A DNA stretch of 43,620 nucleotides. It comes from Lama guanicoe. Lineage: Eukaryota. The stretch's first letter is position 1, and the number at the start of each line of letters is the position of its first letter. Shown here piece after piece: positions 24,218-36,182 of the stretch. Where the stretch lies: NCBI GenBank assembly GCA_013239625.1, contig MU054220.1, positions 684,800 through 728,419 on the forward strand, written 5' to 3'. Made by a program: the position numbers and the translations under genes. Below the pieces are notes generated by a model. That model made no database searches. It saw only the letters and a list, made by a program, of their open reading frames with translations, and had not been told where the DNA came from.

Positions 24218-24769
24218 TGTCACTGGCAAAGCCCATTAGCGGCCCATTAACGATTCCCGGGAAGCAAAAATAGAAGCTAGGTAATAAAATAAAGCCTAAC
24301 CTTTTTCTTCTCCTTTGTGCCGGTCTGGTTTCACTTGCTCCTGTGGTGCTGCATGCAGAGGCCTCCACCCGGCACCTCAGAGCAGGGCTCCTGGTGTGAA
24401 AGTGCTGCCCCGGCTCCCCAGCCCGGCGGGCAGCGCGCGGGAACGCCGAGCATGACGCAGCAATTCAAGATGGCGGCTGCGGGCCGTGTGCAGAGGCGCT
24501 GCGCCGGGCACTGCGGTCTGGAGCCCCGAACTGCGCAGCTGCAGAGGCCCTGTGAGGGCTCCGCCCCCTCCCCGCCCCGCCGACGAGAACCCCGCCCTCA
24601 GCCTGTCTGTCCTGCGGCGCTTATGCCCTAGAATACAGGCTCACTCCTCTGTTCTTTGAGCAAAGACTAAAGCTTTCCTTTGCTTCTTAACTGAACTCGG
24701 TCTCAGTCTATTGCCTTGAACAGCAAGGGCAGGAGGATACTCGGAGCCTGATTTAAAGTTTCGGTAGCA
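24218..24769 (+). mobile_element. 3' LTR of the ERV1 provirus (CpG-rich)
   Basis: Starts TGTCACTG directly after the PPT and ends CGGTAGCA (imperfect TG...CA inverted termini); degenerate poly(A) signal gactaaagctttcc near 24665. Confidence 0.8.
24365..24625. promoter_or_regulatory. CpG-island-like segment with YY1 and GC-box motifs inside the LTR
   Basis: About 25 CpGs in ~260 bp (hand count); CAAGATGGCGGC 24466-24477; ccccgccc boxes ~24570-24597; GCGCTGCGC and CTGCGCAG NRF1-like words. Confidence 0.6.
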
Positions 24770-25227
24770 ATATCACTTATAACCTTTTAACCACATGAGT
24801 AGAATGTGGTAAAAGTGATGCGCAAATCCTGAAGCTTGCCTTGAGAGGCCTGGAAGACTTAGCTTTTGTAAAACAACTACTGCCTGAAAACAACCCTGGG
24901 CTGCTGGAGCTCAATACATGCTGCCGGAGAACGAGAGAGAACTCAGGTACCTAAGCCAATTGGCAGGTATGTGAATGAGGCTGTCTTGGAGGCATCTGCT
25001 CCATCCAAACTATCAGAGCATGGCCAGGTAAAACCAACAGAACCACCCAGCTGAATCCAACCCAAACTACAGAATCATAATCGAATAAAGAGTTTTTACT
25101 TTAAGCCTTTAAGTTTTGGTTTTGTAATTTGAAACTACTAATTTTTGGATTAAATTCTGTGGTTTTAAGCCACTCATGTTTAGGCTTAGTGATGTTTGCC
25201 AACACATAGCAATAGATACCTTACATA
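24770..25227 (+). mobile_element. MLT1 (MaLR) LTR, 5'-truncated
   Basis: gtgaatgaggctgtcttgga...agaaccacccagctgaatcc...cagaatcat...aataaa...ttttaagccact...atagcaatagatac, MLT1-type 3' end. Confidence 0.75.
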
Positions 25228-25799
25228 CGCAAGGCAGAAAGTGGAAGATAAACACTAAAGTTTCACGGGACATACATAGAGTTCTGAGGAGACCTGTGGC
25301 CTGAGAGATACAGAGTCTTCCCCCATAAAAAAGAAATGTGTTCCATTGTAATTGACTGTTCTTCAATAAATAAAAATTTAATTAAATTTAATTTAAATTT
25401 AAATAAATGTATTCTATCCAATCTCTTACCCCTAGGAAAGAGACACAGAATTTCATGGGCATTTAAATTTGAAGATAACAGAGCCTGTATGTGGGGGTGC
25501 TACTCTAAATCATGGAGGATTGATGTATGGGGACAGGATACAGTTTTCAGCAGGATCCGCTGGCATGGACCAAGCAAGAGAGAGTTGAGTACTTTTGGAT
25601 GAAGGAAATTGTCACTTGCAAAGTTAAGAAACAGAGAGCTAATAGCTGAGTGTGAGAGAGATCAAGCTGGAGTGGTTGGAGGGGTACGATGATGACTATC
25701 AGTTCCAGCTCTGACAACAGCTGCCGCAGTGGGGGACACGACTTGATTTTCTCAGCCCAAGTAGGTCCCCTGAACAAACTAGAAATGAACACCTTACTT

Positions 25800-26102
25800 T
25801 TTTTGTTTTCTTTTTTTTTAATTGAGTTATAATCGGTTTACAATGCTGTGTCAATTTCTGGTGCACAGCATAATTTTTCAGTCATACATGGATATACATA
25901 TATTCATTTTCAGATTCTTTTTCCCTGTGAGCTATCGCAAGATCTTGTATATATTTCCCTGTGTTATACAGTATAAACTTGTTCATCTATTCTACATATA
26001 CCTGTCAGTATCTACTGATCTTGAACTCCCAGTCTTTCTCTTCCCACCTCCCCCCTGGCAACTATGAGTTTGTATTCTATGTCTGTGAGTCTGTTTCTGT
26101 TT
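25800..26102 (-). mobile_element. Lineage-specific (cetartiodactyl/camelid-type) L1 3' end
   Basis: Poly-T then attgagttataatcggtttacaatgctgtgtcaatttctggtgcacagc...ccctggcaactatgagtttgtattctatgtctgtgagtctgtttctg. Confidence 0.85.
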
Positions 26103-26164
26103 GACCACTTTCTTGAAGAAGTTTGTCTTGTACTTCTGATCTCTCTCCTTTCATAGAAAAAGGT

Positions 26165-26800
26165 GATGTATTTTACTCTCCCACAAGATCCTGTATCATT
26201 AGAAAATATAAATAGATATACATGGTACAAGGATGAATGCTACTGGACTTCATTTGTGCATCACCCATTTTCCTGGACTTGCCTTGCTTGTAGCCAGAGA
26301 TGCCCTAGCAGTGGCCTTCACTTCACCAGGACATTGAGAGACCACAGATGAAAAGACCTATGGAAACTATCCTCCATCTTCAGGTCTCTCTTGGGCATGA
26401 CCTGACAGGACCTGGGCTCACACTCATGTGGACACTTCTGGAGTCCTCCCCAGAGATTCCTTGTTGCTGCTGAGGTGGTAGCTACTGTGTCACATGATCG
26501 GAGCTTAAATATGCTCAGTGTTTTCCCATCAAACTCCTTCCTGCTCTGAATGCCCCTGGTGCTGTTTGGACTCTGTCCTTTCCTACAACTGCAGGAAATG
26601 TCCAGTGACATGACCAGAGATTGCAGAGAAATTGCCCCACTGTGAGGTTAACTTTGGCCAGTGGGAAAGGGGAGTCAATGAATATATTGTTCCCTTTCCT
26701 AGCTATTTACAAATTGTTTGGAAAATAAACATATGGCCTCTATTAAAAGGTCCAGTGAGATCAAGAAATCAACTGCAGTGGGCAGCTCATAAGTGCCCTT
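26165..26800 (+). mobile_element. LTR16-like (ERVL) LTR
   Basis: aactttggccagtgggaaaggggagtcaatgaata...aggtccagtgagatcaag resembles the LTR16 core. Confidence 0.55.
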
Positions 26801-27479
26801 GGAAAGTATGAAACAGTAAGATTATTTTGCTTTTTGGACATTGTACTAAAAAGGAAGAAGGAGGTGGGATGAAAGTAGGAAGGAGAAAGAAAGTAAAGCA
26901 AGAATGAGGGGAAAGGAAAGGGTAGAAATAGGAAAGGAGTAAGAGAAAAATATTAATGGTCAAGAGTCGACCTTAATGGTTTGCAATCAAAAAGTGAAAG
27001 AATGAAATTCTGCACTGTGATCCATTCCAGGTATAGGCTGAAAGTGAACTTTTTCCCATCAGTTTCTCCAGAAATCTGCAGAGATTCGTTAAAAATAAAA
27101 ACAGTGAACCCCGACAGTACTGTTGAATCCACTACTTCCCAATCGAAAGGAATTTCAAAAGAGTAGGACAATTCAAAATCAAAAAATACCTTCAAAAATA
27201 TTTTTAATTTATGTTATATTAAATATCAAGTAAATTATATTAAATACATGTAAATATATATGCACATTATTCCAATAAACAAGAAAAACAATCATAAGAC
27301 AATTACATATCTCTCTTTGCTGCAATGATTTGGATTAGTGCTGTGGTTCTAAATGCAAAGATTAATTGGTTTTTAAATATAGCAAGTTAAAGTTTTTTAT
27401 GTTTTTTTTTTAACAAGTTGAAAAGACATCTAGAAATTAAAGCTCATTTTTAATTCTCTGAAGTGGCCCTGATTATGGA

Positions 27480-27807
27480 GGGAGACTTTGGGGGAAAGGC
27501 TTTCCCCAGGGTCCTTAACATTTTGTAGCATTCTCTTTAAAATGACCTCATAAGAAGAGAAAACAGTATTTGTTGCCAACGGCACTGTGAAATGGCAGAA
27601 TTCACTTGGTGAGAGACAGACCAGGAACAAGATACGACTTCTACTAACTTTTGAGTTTTTAGGGGTAATGACTCTCTGAAATTAATTATTTACAAAGAAA
27701 TTCTTAAGGCATCACCCTTAACTTTATTTTGGACAGTTGCACCCAGATTATCTCAGGAGAGGTAGGAAAAGAAAGCAAAACTAGTGTGGTGGACAATACT
27801 GGTGAGT
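27480..27807 (+). promoter_or_regulatory. Candidate OR4S2 promoter / non-coding exon
   Basis: O/E-like TTCCCCAGGG 27502-27511, TCTCAGGAGA 27751-27760, TAAT-rich words, donor CTG|GTGAGT (GT 27802-27803). Confidence 0.35.
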
Positions 27808-28397
27808 TTTTTTTTCTTCTAAAACTAGTATTAAAGTTTTGTGGAAAAGGGTAATTTAATCAAATTTATATATTTTGAATGCTTGTTATATAATTGCAAG
27901 ATACTAAGAAATGAGAGAAAAAAATGTTTAAGTTGATGAAGTGCATTCATACAAGACGATGAGATAGGACACTTAGGATTATCTGTAAGAAAATGCCAAT
28001 AATTTTAAAAGAAAGTGAAATGTTACCATGTTTGAAATGCTCAGGAAATGGAGGAAGGAATTCTTTGAGATAGATCTTAATTCAGGACGAAAGAAGAGTT
28101 CCTCTTCAATCTTATGGTATGGACATTGGAGGTGCAATTGCCAGGCTTATGTTTAAATGCTCAGTTTCTCCTGGATGAGAAACTGGTAACATAATTCACA
28201 GTTGTCAAAAACTGCTATGTGTTGAGCGCTCTTAAATTGAAGGGCTCTCTCAGTGGAGATTAGTTTTGTGTTTTGTTTTTTGGTTTTGATCCAAAGGCAA
28301 AGGAGGATGAGCATGTAAAAGCAAGGAGATGTATTTGAGTGTGAATTTGAATTATTATTATTATTGCCACTGCTATTAGCACCATTATTATTATTAT

Positions 28398-29039
28398 TGT
28401 TAGAACAGGCAGATAGCTAGATACCAGCAGAGAAAGGGAAACACAGACCAAAAGGCAGAAATTGGGCAGAAAGAAGGGCCACAAGCCAAATGCAGGAAAC
28501 CACACATCATGGAAGCACCAGGTGTCCCTGGGCAGAGAAGGAAAAGCAGGAACCTCTGGGCTGATAAGTGATCACACCTTTGAGGGTGATAAGTGGCCCG
28601 GAGGCCAATGAAGAGAGATAGGAAAAGGCAGGAATCTTCAGTGTCCGAATGTGACCTTTTGCTCATTATGCCGTCATTTCAATAAAATTGGCCTTGCAGA
28701 TTAGAAGTATCATCAGGCACCGATGCCATGACACTTCCACTCCAGACTAAATAAGGACAAAACTCCCTCCTTCCTTCAGTAAAGTGGAGTTGGGATGAAA
28801 ATCAGGGAATGTGACCTCAGGCCCTTTCCTCCCTAATGAAGGGGGCATATTCTGCCCATTCATTTTTACATTCTGTGTAACCAGCTTGCCAAAGAAACTC
28901 AGGGCAGCTACTCACCTGAGCCTGCCCGCTCTCCCCTTGAAAAATTCTCTCTTCCCTTAACAAATTCTCACTGTGCTTTTTTTACTACATCTTGTCTCAG
29001 AATTCTTTCTTAGGACAAGAACCTGGAACACCGGTTACA
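28398..29039 (+). mobile_element. Solo ERV1-type LTR
   Basis: TGTTAG...GTTACA termini; LTR-like U5 gaattctttc..gacaagaacctgga; no clear TSD. Confidence 0.75.
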
Positions 29040-29911
29040 TCCACCAGCAGCATTATCATTATTTCGCACTGTATAAGAGAAGGCACACCTGTAATGATCA
29101 CTCCAACAAGTCTAATATGCAGATCTAGTTTCCCAAAAGCTGGAAATGCCAGGCACCACATTGCTGCAAAGGGTGGCTGAGAGCACAGAGCTCATTAGGA
29201 ACTGTAAGCGCTGAATGTGAGAGATCGCTGGGGGATGTGTCCTCACGTGGGCAAAATTCCCGATGAATACTGAAGACACCGTGTCATCCTATGCAACTCT
29301 AGAACTAAAGGAATCATTCACATCTTTGGCTTGATTTGAAGAATGACGTGTGAGCCCCTTTAATCAAAACTATTCCCAGTCCCCTCCCCACACATTCATT
29401 TCAGTGACCTCACTAGAGTGTCTGAAATTCCTCTGCTAAAGAGTCACCCATTAAAATTGAGTATGAAGGGGTGGTGAGATTAAGGGCAGAGTCATTTTTT
29501 CCTTTGTCTTTTTATTTATTCATTTTTATTAGCTAACAGACAAATATTTAAAACACCAAGACAAAGCAATTCCTGGGGAATCCTCAAACACTGAGTTTGA
29601 AGGTGAGATCTCCCTTCCCTTCCTTTCAAATCAAACAGGTTTTGATGTGTCTCCAGCAGTTTCTTCTATCCCTTTATCTTCTTGTGCCTCTGCCTCCTTT
29701 TCAGGGTTTCATGGCTATTCCAAGCTGAAAGAGTTGATTTAATTTCATAATAGAAATGACTGTCAATATTACAGATGAGAGTGAAATTAAAACTTTCTCA
29801 TTTTGCAAATGGGATAACAGAAGCCCCACGAAACTAAATGATTTATCTTAGAGTTACAGCACCAATATCTCAGAATCAGATTTGTATCATCTTGGTTCTC
29901 TTTTTACTACT

Positions 29912-29991
29912 ACACACCACTCTTTTTTTTTAACATGTTTTTATTAATAGTCATTTTACAATGTTGTGTCAAATTACAACACACCACTCTT
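29912..29991 (-). mobile_element. 54-bp extreme 3' end of a young L1 with 13-bp TSD
   Basis: TSD acacaccactctt at 29912-29924 and 29979-29991 flanking poly-T plus aacatgtttttattaatagtcattttacaatgttgtgtcaaatt. Confidence 0.85.
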
Positions 29992-30606
29992 GAATATGAG
30001 AGATTGACATTAAATAGGGGGCCAAAAATTCATGTACACAAATATCAGAGTTTAATAAGAAGGAAGACCTGCCAGGTCACCCAGTCTTAATTACCTGAAT
30101 GCTCGTGGCAGTATTCAGAAGGGAAAATATGAGCACATGTTTTCATTTCTGGGTCAAAAATAAGATGAACATTTTCAAAATATAAATGTTACCATATACC
30201 CAGATTCAAAAGGTGTTTCAAATTTAGGTTACTTGCCTTAGACACATTAGAAGAAAGCAATTTGTTAGAAACAGATGAAAGAACCTTCATGGAAGATGAG
30301 GGGGGTGAGACCCTTGGTTACATGTGTGACTTAGAGGATTTGTTTTGTTTCTCTGGACTTTGCTTCCTCATCTGAAGTAAATGAATGGACTATCATATTG
30401 AAATAAGATGATCAGTATATGTGCACTTCAATTTCTTTAGGTATACATGCCAATTAGTAGTAAGTCCCCATTTCTCTATTTTTAACTCTTCCAATTATTC
30501 ATTTGTTTTGAGTTAGAAATAAATATTGTTGGTCCTTCTTATGTTTTTTTTTTCTCCCCAGGTAATTTAAGTGCCTTTTGGGAACTTTGCCTGCCAGGCT
30601 AATTCC

Positions 30607-31542
30607 ATGGAAAAAACAAACAATGTAACTGAATTTGTTTTCTGGGGTCTTTCTCAGAACCTAGAGGTTGAAGAAGTTTGTTTCGTGGTGTTTTCTTTCT
30701 TCTACACAGTCATTCTTCTGGGAAACCTCCTCATCATATTGACAGTTTATGTGGGCCATCTTTTCAAGTCTCCTATGTATTTCTTTCTCAACTACTTGTC
30801 TTTTGTGGACATTTGTTATTCTTCGGTCACGGCTCCTAAGATGATCGTTGACCTATTAGCCAAGAGCAAAACAATCTCCTACGTGGGGTGCATGTTGCAG
30901 CTCTTTGGGGTACACTTCTTTGGTTGCACTGAGATCTTCATCCTTACTGTGATGGCCTATGATCGTTACGTGGCTATCTGTAAACCCTTACACTATATGA
31001 CCATCATGGACCGGGACAGATGCAATAAAATGTTGTTGGGGACCTGGGTAGGTGGGTTCGCACACTCCATTATCCAAGTGGCTCTGGTAGTTCAACTGCC
31101 CTTTTGTGGACCCAACGAGATTGATCACTATTTTTGTGATGTTCACCCTGTGCTGAAACTTGCCTGCACAGACACATATGTGGTTGGTGTTGTTGTGACA
31201 GCCAATAGTGGTACCATCGCTCTGGGGAGCTTTGTTACCTTGTTAATCTCCTATACTGTCATCCTGGTGTCCCTGAGAAAGCAGTCAGCTGAAGGCAGGC
31301 GCAAAGCTCTCTCCACCTGTGGCTCCCACATCGCCGTGGTCATCATCTTTTTTGGTCCCTGTACTTTCATGTATATGCGCCCTGATACTACCTTTTCAGA
31401 GGATAAGATGGTGGCTGTGTTTTACACCATTATCACCCCCATGTTAAATCCCCTGATTTATACGCTGAGAAATGCAGAAGTAAAAAGTGCAATGAAAAAA
31501 CTGTGGGGCAGGAGGGTTTTATGGGAGGCTAATGGTAAATAG
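30607..31542 (+). CDS. OR4S2: Olfactory receptor 4S2 (311 aa, intact)
   Basis: MEKTNNVTEFVFWGLSQ...MAYDRYVAICKPLHY...DVHPVLKLACTD...MRPDTTFSEDKM...KKLWGR, very close to human OR4S2 as recalled. True ATG is 30607 (the track's 30571 start is GTG); acceptor ttttctccccAG at 30560-30561. Confidence 0.95.
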   Translation: MEKTNNVTEFVFWGLSQNLEVEEVCFVVFSFFYTVILLGNLLIILTVYVGHLFKSPMYFFLNYLSFVDICYSSVTAPKMIVDLLAKSKTISYVGCMLQLFGVHFFGCTEIFILTVMAYDRYVAICKPLHYMTIMDRDRCNKMLLGTWVGGFAHSIIQVALVVQLPFCGPNEIDHYFCDVHPVLKLACTDTYVVGVVVTANSGTIALGSFVTLLISYTVILVSLRKQSAEGRRKALSTCGSHIAVVIIFFGPCTFMYMRPDTTFSEDKMVAVFYTIITPMLNPLIYTLRNAEVKSAMKKLWGRRVLWEANGK

Positions 31543-31643
31543 TTAGAAGTAGAAATTCAAGGTGGATGATCTTAAATTTTCCCATCTACACAGTGAAGAC
31601 AATAACAACCTCGGGGGGGGGGGGTTTGAGGAACAAATGAGAG

Positions 31644-31649
31644 AATAAA
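31644..31649 (+). terminator. Candidate polyadenylation signal for OR4S2
   Basis: AATAAA about 100 nt after the stop codon. Confidence 0.4.
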
Positions 31650-32525
31650 ACATTCTATAGAAGTAAGTTATGATATATCATTATTATTATAGTTGTTCTA
31701 ATACTTCATAATCAGATGATTTTCTGAAATATCTAGGACAAAGAAATCTTATTAAACTCAGATTTCAGCAGGATCGTACTCAGCACCACAATTTTGTCCT
31801 TGCACTTTTTCCCTTTTGTCATTTTCTTTAAAGAATGAGAGTCTACTGTGAAGTACCTAAGGCTGTTTTATGGTGTTTAGAACTGCGACTAATCAATACA
31901 AGTAGTTTGTATGAATGAAAGGATACAGAAACAGTGGCAAAGATCTGAGCTAAGGCATCCTGATGTAAGTTCTCCAAAACACAGTGAAAGCAGCCTCATC
32001 TGGATGGAATGGGGAGACGGGGGAGGTATGCGCAGAATCTCAAAGAGATGAAACACAGGCTTAGAAAACAAAAGGTCTATTCTCATCCTCTGGGCTTGGG
32101 GAAAAGTTCTTGCTTTTTCTAGGACTCATTTTCTTTACCAAAACAATAAGTAAATTGGAAAAACAAATGCCTCTAAGATCCCCATTTTAACTGTAGCATC
32201 CCATTAATATGCTTCTGCTGACTGACTCTCACCTTTAGTTGCCGTCTGTAGCTAGCACTCTTTATTTATGTAAAGCAACTAACAAGAAAAGCTGGAGAAA
32301 CTCAACAAAAAACAAAGACATCTGTGATGAATACACGATTGTGTCTCAATCAACAGGGTCAATGCAATTTGCTGAAATTTCCTCCGTATTTCCTCCAATG
32401 TTTGAACCAAACAGCTTTACTGAAAATAGCCATTTATCACTGCTTGGCTAACATAACCTGATTTCCAGCTGTGGATCCACAGACATTTACTCTGGACAAA
32501 TAAACACGTTTTTCTTAAGTAAACT

Positions 32526-33041
32526 TATAACAGAGAAGAACAAACCTGATTTCATATTGAATCTATTCCTTTAGCTCTAACTTTTGTGCTCTGTTGCCTG
32601 TGCTTCGTCATGCTGGCTCCACACCTTTTGTAAAAAACTGTTGCCTAGATCCTGAAATATAGAGGATAGCCCATTCTCAAGGCTCTGATCTTTAAAAGTA
32701 TGATATTTTTGCATTCATATAGAAATAAGTTGCAAGCAGACAATAGCATTTGTCTTATTGGAGGTTCATAGGAAGATTGTGACTGGACCTACCTGGACAG
32801 CTGGAAGAACAAAGGATTCCAGCATCAAGAAGTCTGCAACAACAAGCCACACCTACCCCTCCTTTAATACAAAAGAAGCCTGAATTCCAAATTGGATAAG
32901 GTGGTTCTTTGGGATATTAGTCCACTATCTTCTTAGTCTGCTGCATTTCCAAATAAAGCCATTATTCCATGATCCAACAACTCATCTCTCAATCTATTGG
33001 CTTGCCGTGCACCAAGTAACATGGGTTTGAAGTCAGTAACA
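32526..33041 (+). mobile_element. Solo ERV1 LTR with 4-bp TSD
   Basis: T(A)TAACAG...CAGTAACA termini, TSD AACT at 32522-32525 and 33042-33045, AATAAA near 32952. Confidence 0.85.
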
Positions 33042-33471
33042 AACTGAAACTTGCCCTGATGACACAATCCTCCTTCACTTCACCCAACCTGAGCTTAATT
33101 TTTCCACAGCAATAAACACATCACTGACTATCTCTCTGCTATTGTTTCATTCATTGTTTTCACAAGTATGATTATTCAAGTTATTGCCCATATCTGGGTA
33201 TGTGTTTACAGTTGTGGTGTGTGTGTGTGCACACACAAACATATTATGTCAAGGACAATGCATAGTTAGTGCTTTAAAAAGTAATCTCTGATGTTGGAAC
33301 ATTCACGGAATAAAAGGTAAGAAAGATCAAAAGGCAACAAGACATCTGGACTAGGAGTTATATTTAAGAAACCCTTGCCCTGGACCACAGGGATCCGTGT
33401 GTATTGTCCCCACGTCGGACATGTACTCATGGGATCTCTGTGAACTTCCCTTTGCACAATTTAAAGAGGTT

Positions 33472-33670
33472 ATTAGCTTCTCAAACTTATCTGATCATTG
33501 AAATCATCATGACAGGTTTTTGAACCAATAACATCATCTATTCGAAGAGTTTCTGATCCAGTTGGCCAGTGTTAAAGGATATAAAAAAAAAATCAGTATC
33601 TTTAGCAAGCTCCTCTGGAAATTTTTAAACAGGCAGTGGTGCATCTAAGATCTTAGATTTGGAAACACTG
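33472..33670. mobile_element. MER5-like hAT-Charlie DNA transposon
   Basis: gcttctcaaactt...aatcat...tttctgatccagttgg...tttagcaagctcc...tttggaaacactg. Confidence 0.6.
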
Positions 33671-34785
33671 GGACTAGGTGATCCTTGATGTTCTTCGAGC
33701 ACAAGGGGTCTATGAACAATGACACCCAAAGAGCCCTAACTTCAGATGTATATTCCCATCTGTTCTGCTATAACTTGAACTAAACGTAAAAAACCGTGGA
33801 ATAAATAAATGTTACTCATTTGATAAGTTTTGTCCACAATACTCTTTCTTTTATGTCTCTCCATTAAAGCCTTAACTATCAAGGAATAATAGTAATATTG
33901 ATGGTCTGACATCCCTAGGAAGGTAAAAGGTGACAGATTCAATACTCTCAAAGACCAAGAAACAGACCATATAAAATAGTATTCAAGTTTCTACCAATGA
34001 CTTTATAAACTTATTCCTGTTCAGAAAACTTCCTCAGAGTCAATTCTAATCAGAAGAGCTCAGAGAGTCTGCTCTTGTTTCATTGCAAAGAGGTGGCCAA
34101 GAATCATGGCAACTCAGACTCTCCCCAGTTTCAGTAGGGGTAACTCTTGTCAATGATAAGATCACCAAGATTTGATCCGTGGATAGCATGATCAAGCTGT
34201 AGAAGTGGGGGTCCTGATGCACCTTCTTGACAGTTTGGTGAATCCAGCCTCCAGGTCTCAGGTGACCCTAGATGACATCAGAAGTCTCTTCCAATCCATA
34301 AGGCTTGAGGATTCTTGTATAAATTAAAGAAACACCTCAATGTACCAAAAATGATTTTAGCTTATGCTTTCCAGTTGGTTATATCTGTGTCTTAGTCTAA
34401 TCTACCTTATTTCTCCCTAGTATGAGGTCCTGAGACAGATTTGCACAGTATGCATGATGGAAGAAAGCATCAAAATATACTATTAGCATGAGGAACAGTG
34501 AGGACTAACAAAAGGCACCCCCAAAACACCCATCTCTTTAGCTGTGTGCCTTCTCAAACTCATGGCCTTTCACAGACTGGGAGATTTTCCAAATTGCACA
34601 TTTACAAAGACCGTCAGTTTGCTTACTCATGAAGACTTTTATAAAGAGATGATGTATATGGTCATAGAATTACATTTATGGGATTGAAAAAGTGTTCATT
34701 ATCCTGTATGAAACTTCTAATTACCACCAATAAAGGACTGAGTATTAATTAGAACAACTTCTGGAAGTATAGTGTGAGTAGTAGC

Positions 34786-35319
34786 TGTTGGGAGACACTT
34801 GGTGGGGCCAGTGATGTGGGTTGGTGAGAAGAATTTACCAGAAAGGGAGATGTTTAAGAGCAAAGGAAAGGTTTAATAGTTATGTTCCTATAGGCAGCAG
34901 CGGGTCACACAGGCAAGAGGTGCCTGCGTGTCCACCAGGAGGAACGTGCCGGTTCTTTTATTGGGGAAGAGGTTGTGAACACAAAGAAGTAGTGGAGCAG
35001 CCTTCTGATTGGCTGTAAGTGAGGTGAGGGACTGTGGTACACGGGAGGATAGTAGATTCACAACTCCAGTAAGATGGAGACACAGGCTGACACATGAAGG
35101 TAGTGGAATTTATGATTCTGATAAGGGGGAGACATGAGCTGTGATAGGTCAGCCTGAGCTACGGTGAGGCTAGTCATTTCCCATTTCCCAGCTGTTAGCT
35201 GTGCTAAACAGCAGTCAGGAGTTTACCTCCCAAAGAGGATCAGGCCGATGCCTAAGGGCTGGAAGTTGGTGGGGGTGGGGTGGAGTCGCAGGGCCTCAGC
35301 TGCACCATTTGGCATCTCA
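34786..35319 (-). mobile_element. Solo LTR, antisense orientation
   Basis: TG...CA termini; on the minus strand CCAAT (~35010), TATA-like (~34958) and ATTAAA (~34873) occur in LTR order. Confidence 0.6.
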
Positions 35320-35707
35320 GTCTTATTACTTTCTATTGCGTTATTTTAGAAGAAGAGTGATTTGTTAATGTAAAAAAATTAAAGTATAAAACATTTGTAA
35401 AGGTTTTGGCATTTTTTTAAATTATTGCAGTGGAAGCCTCAAAAATATGGAAGTTTTTAGGGCCACTCTGTGAGAGATGTCGCAGTCAGGATATCTCTTT
35501 CCTAGAGGAGGTCACAACTGCTAAACCATGCTGTCTTTACAATTTGCCCTGACAAATTGCTCGATGCCCATCTGTCAGGGTTATGAAGGGCAGAATGTTC
35601 CAGAATGTCAGTCACAAGTTCCAGAGTGTCAGAGCTGGAAGGGATCTGGAGATCATCAGATCCACCCCCCTTATACACAGTCTCAGAAAAGTAAAGTGAC
35701 AGAAAGG

Positions 35708-36182
35708 TATAACCAAGCAGGACCCTGTGGGGCCTTCCTGAGACAGGGCCCTCCCCCATATCTTCTGCTGTAGCTCATCTCTGAAGTACCCAGATAATAG
35801 TATCTCCTGTCTATTTCCTGAGTTTTTCGGATGCTAAAAACCACCACCAAAGGGAAGAAATTATCTACTTGATGATCATGAGCACGTGGTTCCAGACCTT
35901 CTGGCACCTGGGAATTGATAGTGTTGACTGCCTTGTTCCCTCAGCATCAACCAGAGAATCGTGCATGAGCTGATCATGTACCCTACGACCTCCCTCCCTT
36001 ACCTGGCCTTTAACTATGCTTTGCTGAAATCTTTAGGTAGTTCAAGGTTCTCTTGGGCATAAGCCACCATCATTCTCATTGCTTGGCCTGCAATAAATCT
36101 TTCTCTGCTCGAAACCCCAATGTTTCAGTTTCTTTGGTCTCATGGTGCATCAGGCACATGAACTTACTTGCCTTCGGTAACA
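35708..36182 (+). mobile_element. Solo ERV1 LTR inserted in a MIR
   Basis: T(A)TAACCAAGCAGGACCC...CGGTAACA, TSD aagg/atgg, AATAAA ~36092; upstream flank cagagctggaagggatctggagatcatc is MIR-like. Confidence 0.8.

Noticed and set aside
24317..24631. 104-aa Pro/Ala/Arg-rich ORF
   Set aside because: Starts at a non-ATG codon inside the GC-rich LTR; stop-poor because of composition, with no recognisable domain.
25368..25410. AT-only quasi-palindrome (also ~5808-5845)
   Set aside because: Low-complexity A/T sequence expected in this background.
30571..30606. 12-aa N-terminal extension of OR4S2 in the ORF track
   Set aside because: It starts at GTG; the ATG at 30607 gives the canonical OR4S2 N-terminus.
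31613..31624. G12 run after OR4S2 as a G-quadruplex element
   Set aside because: Isolated homopolymer whose length is error-prone; no supporting evidence.
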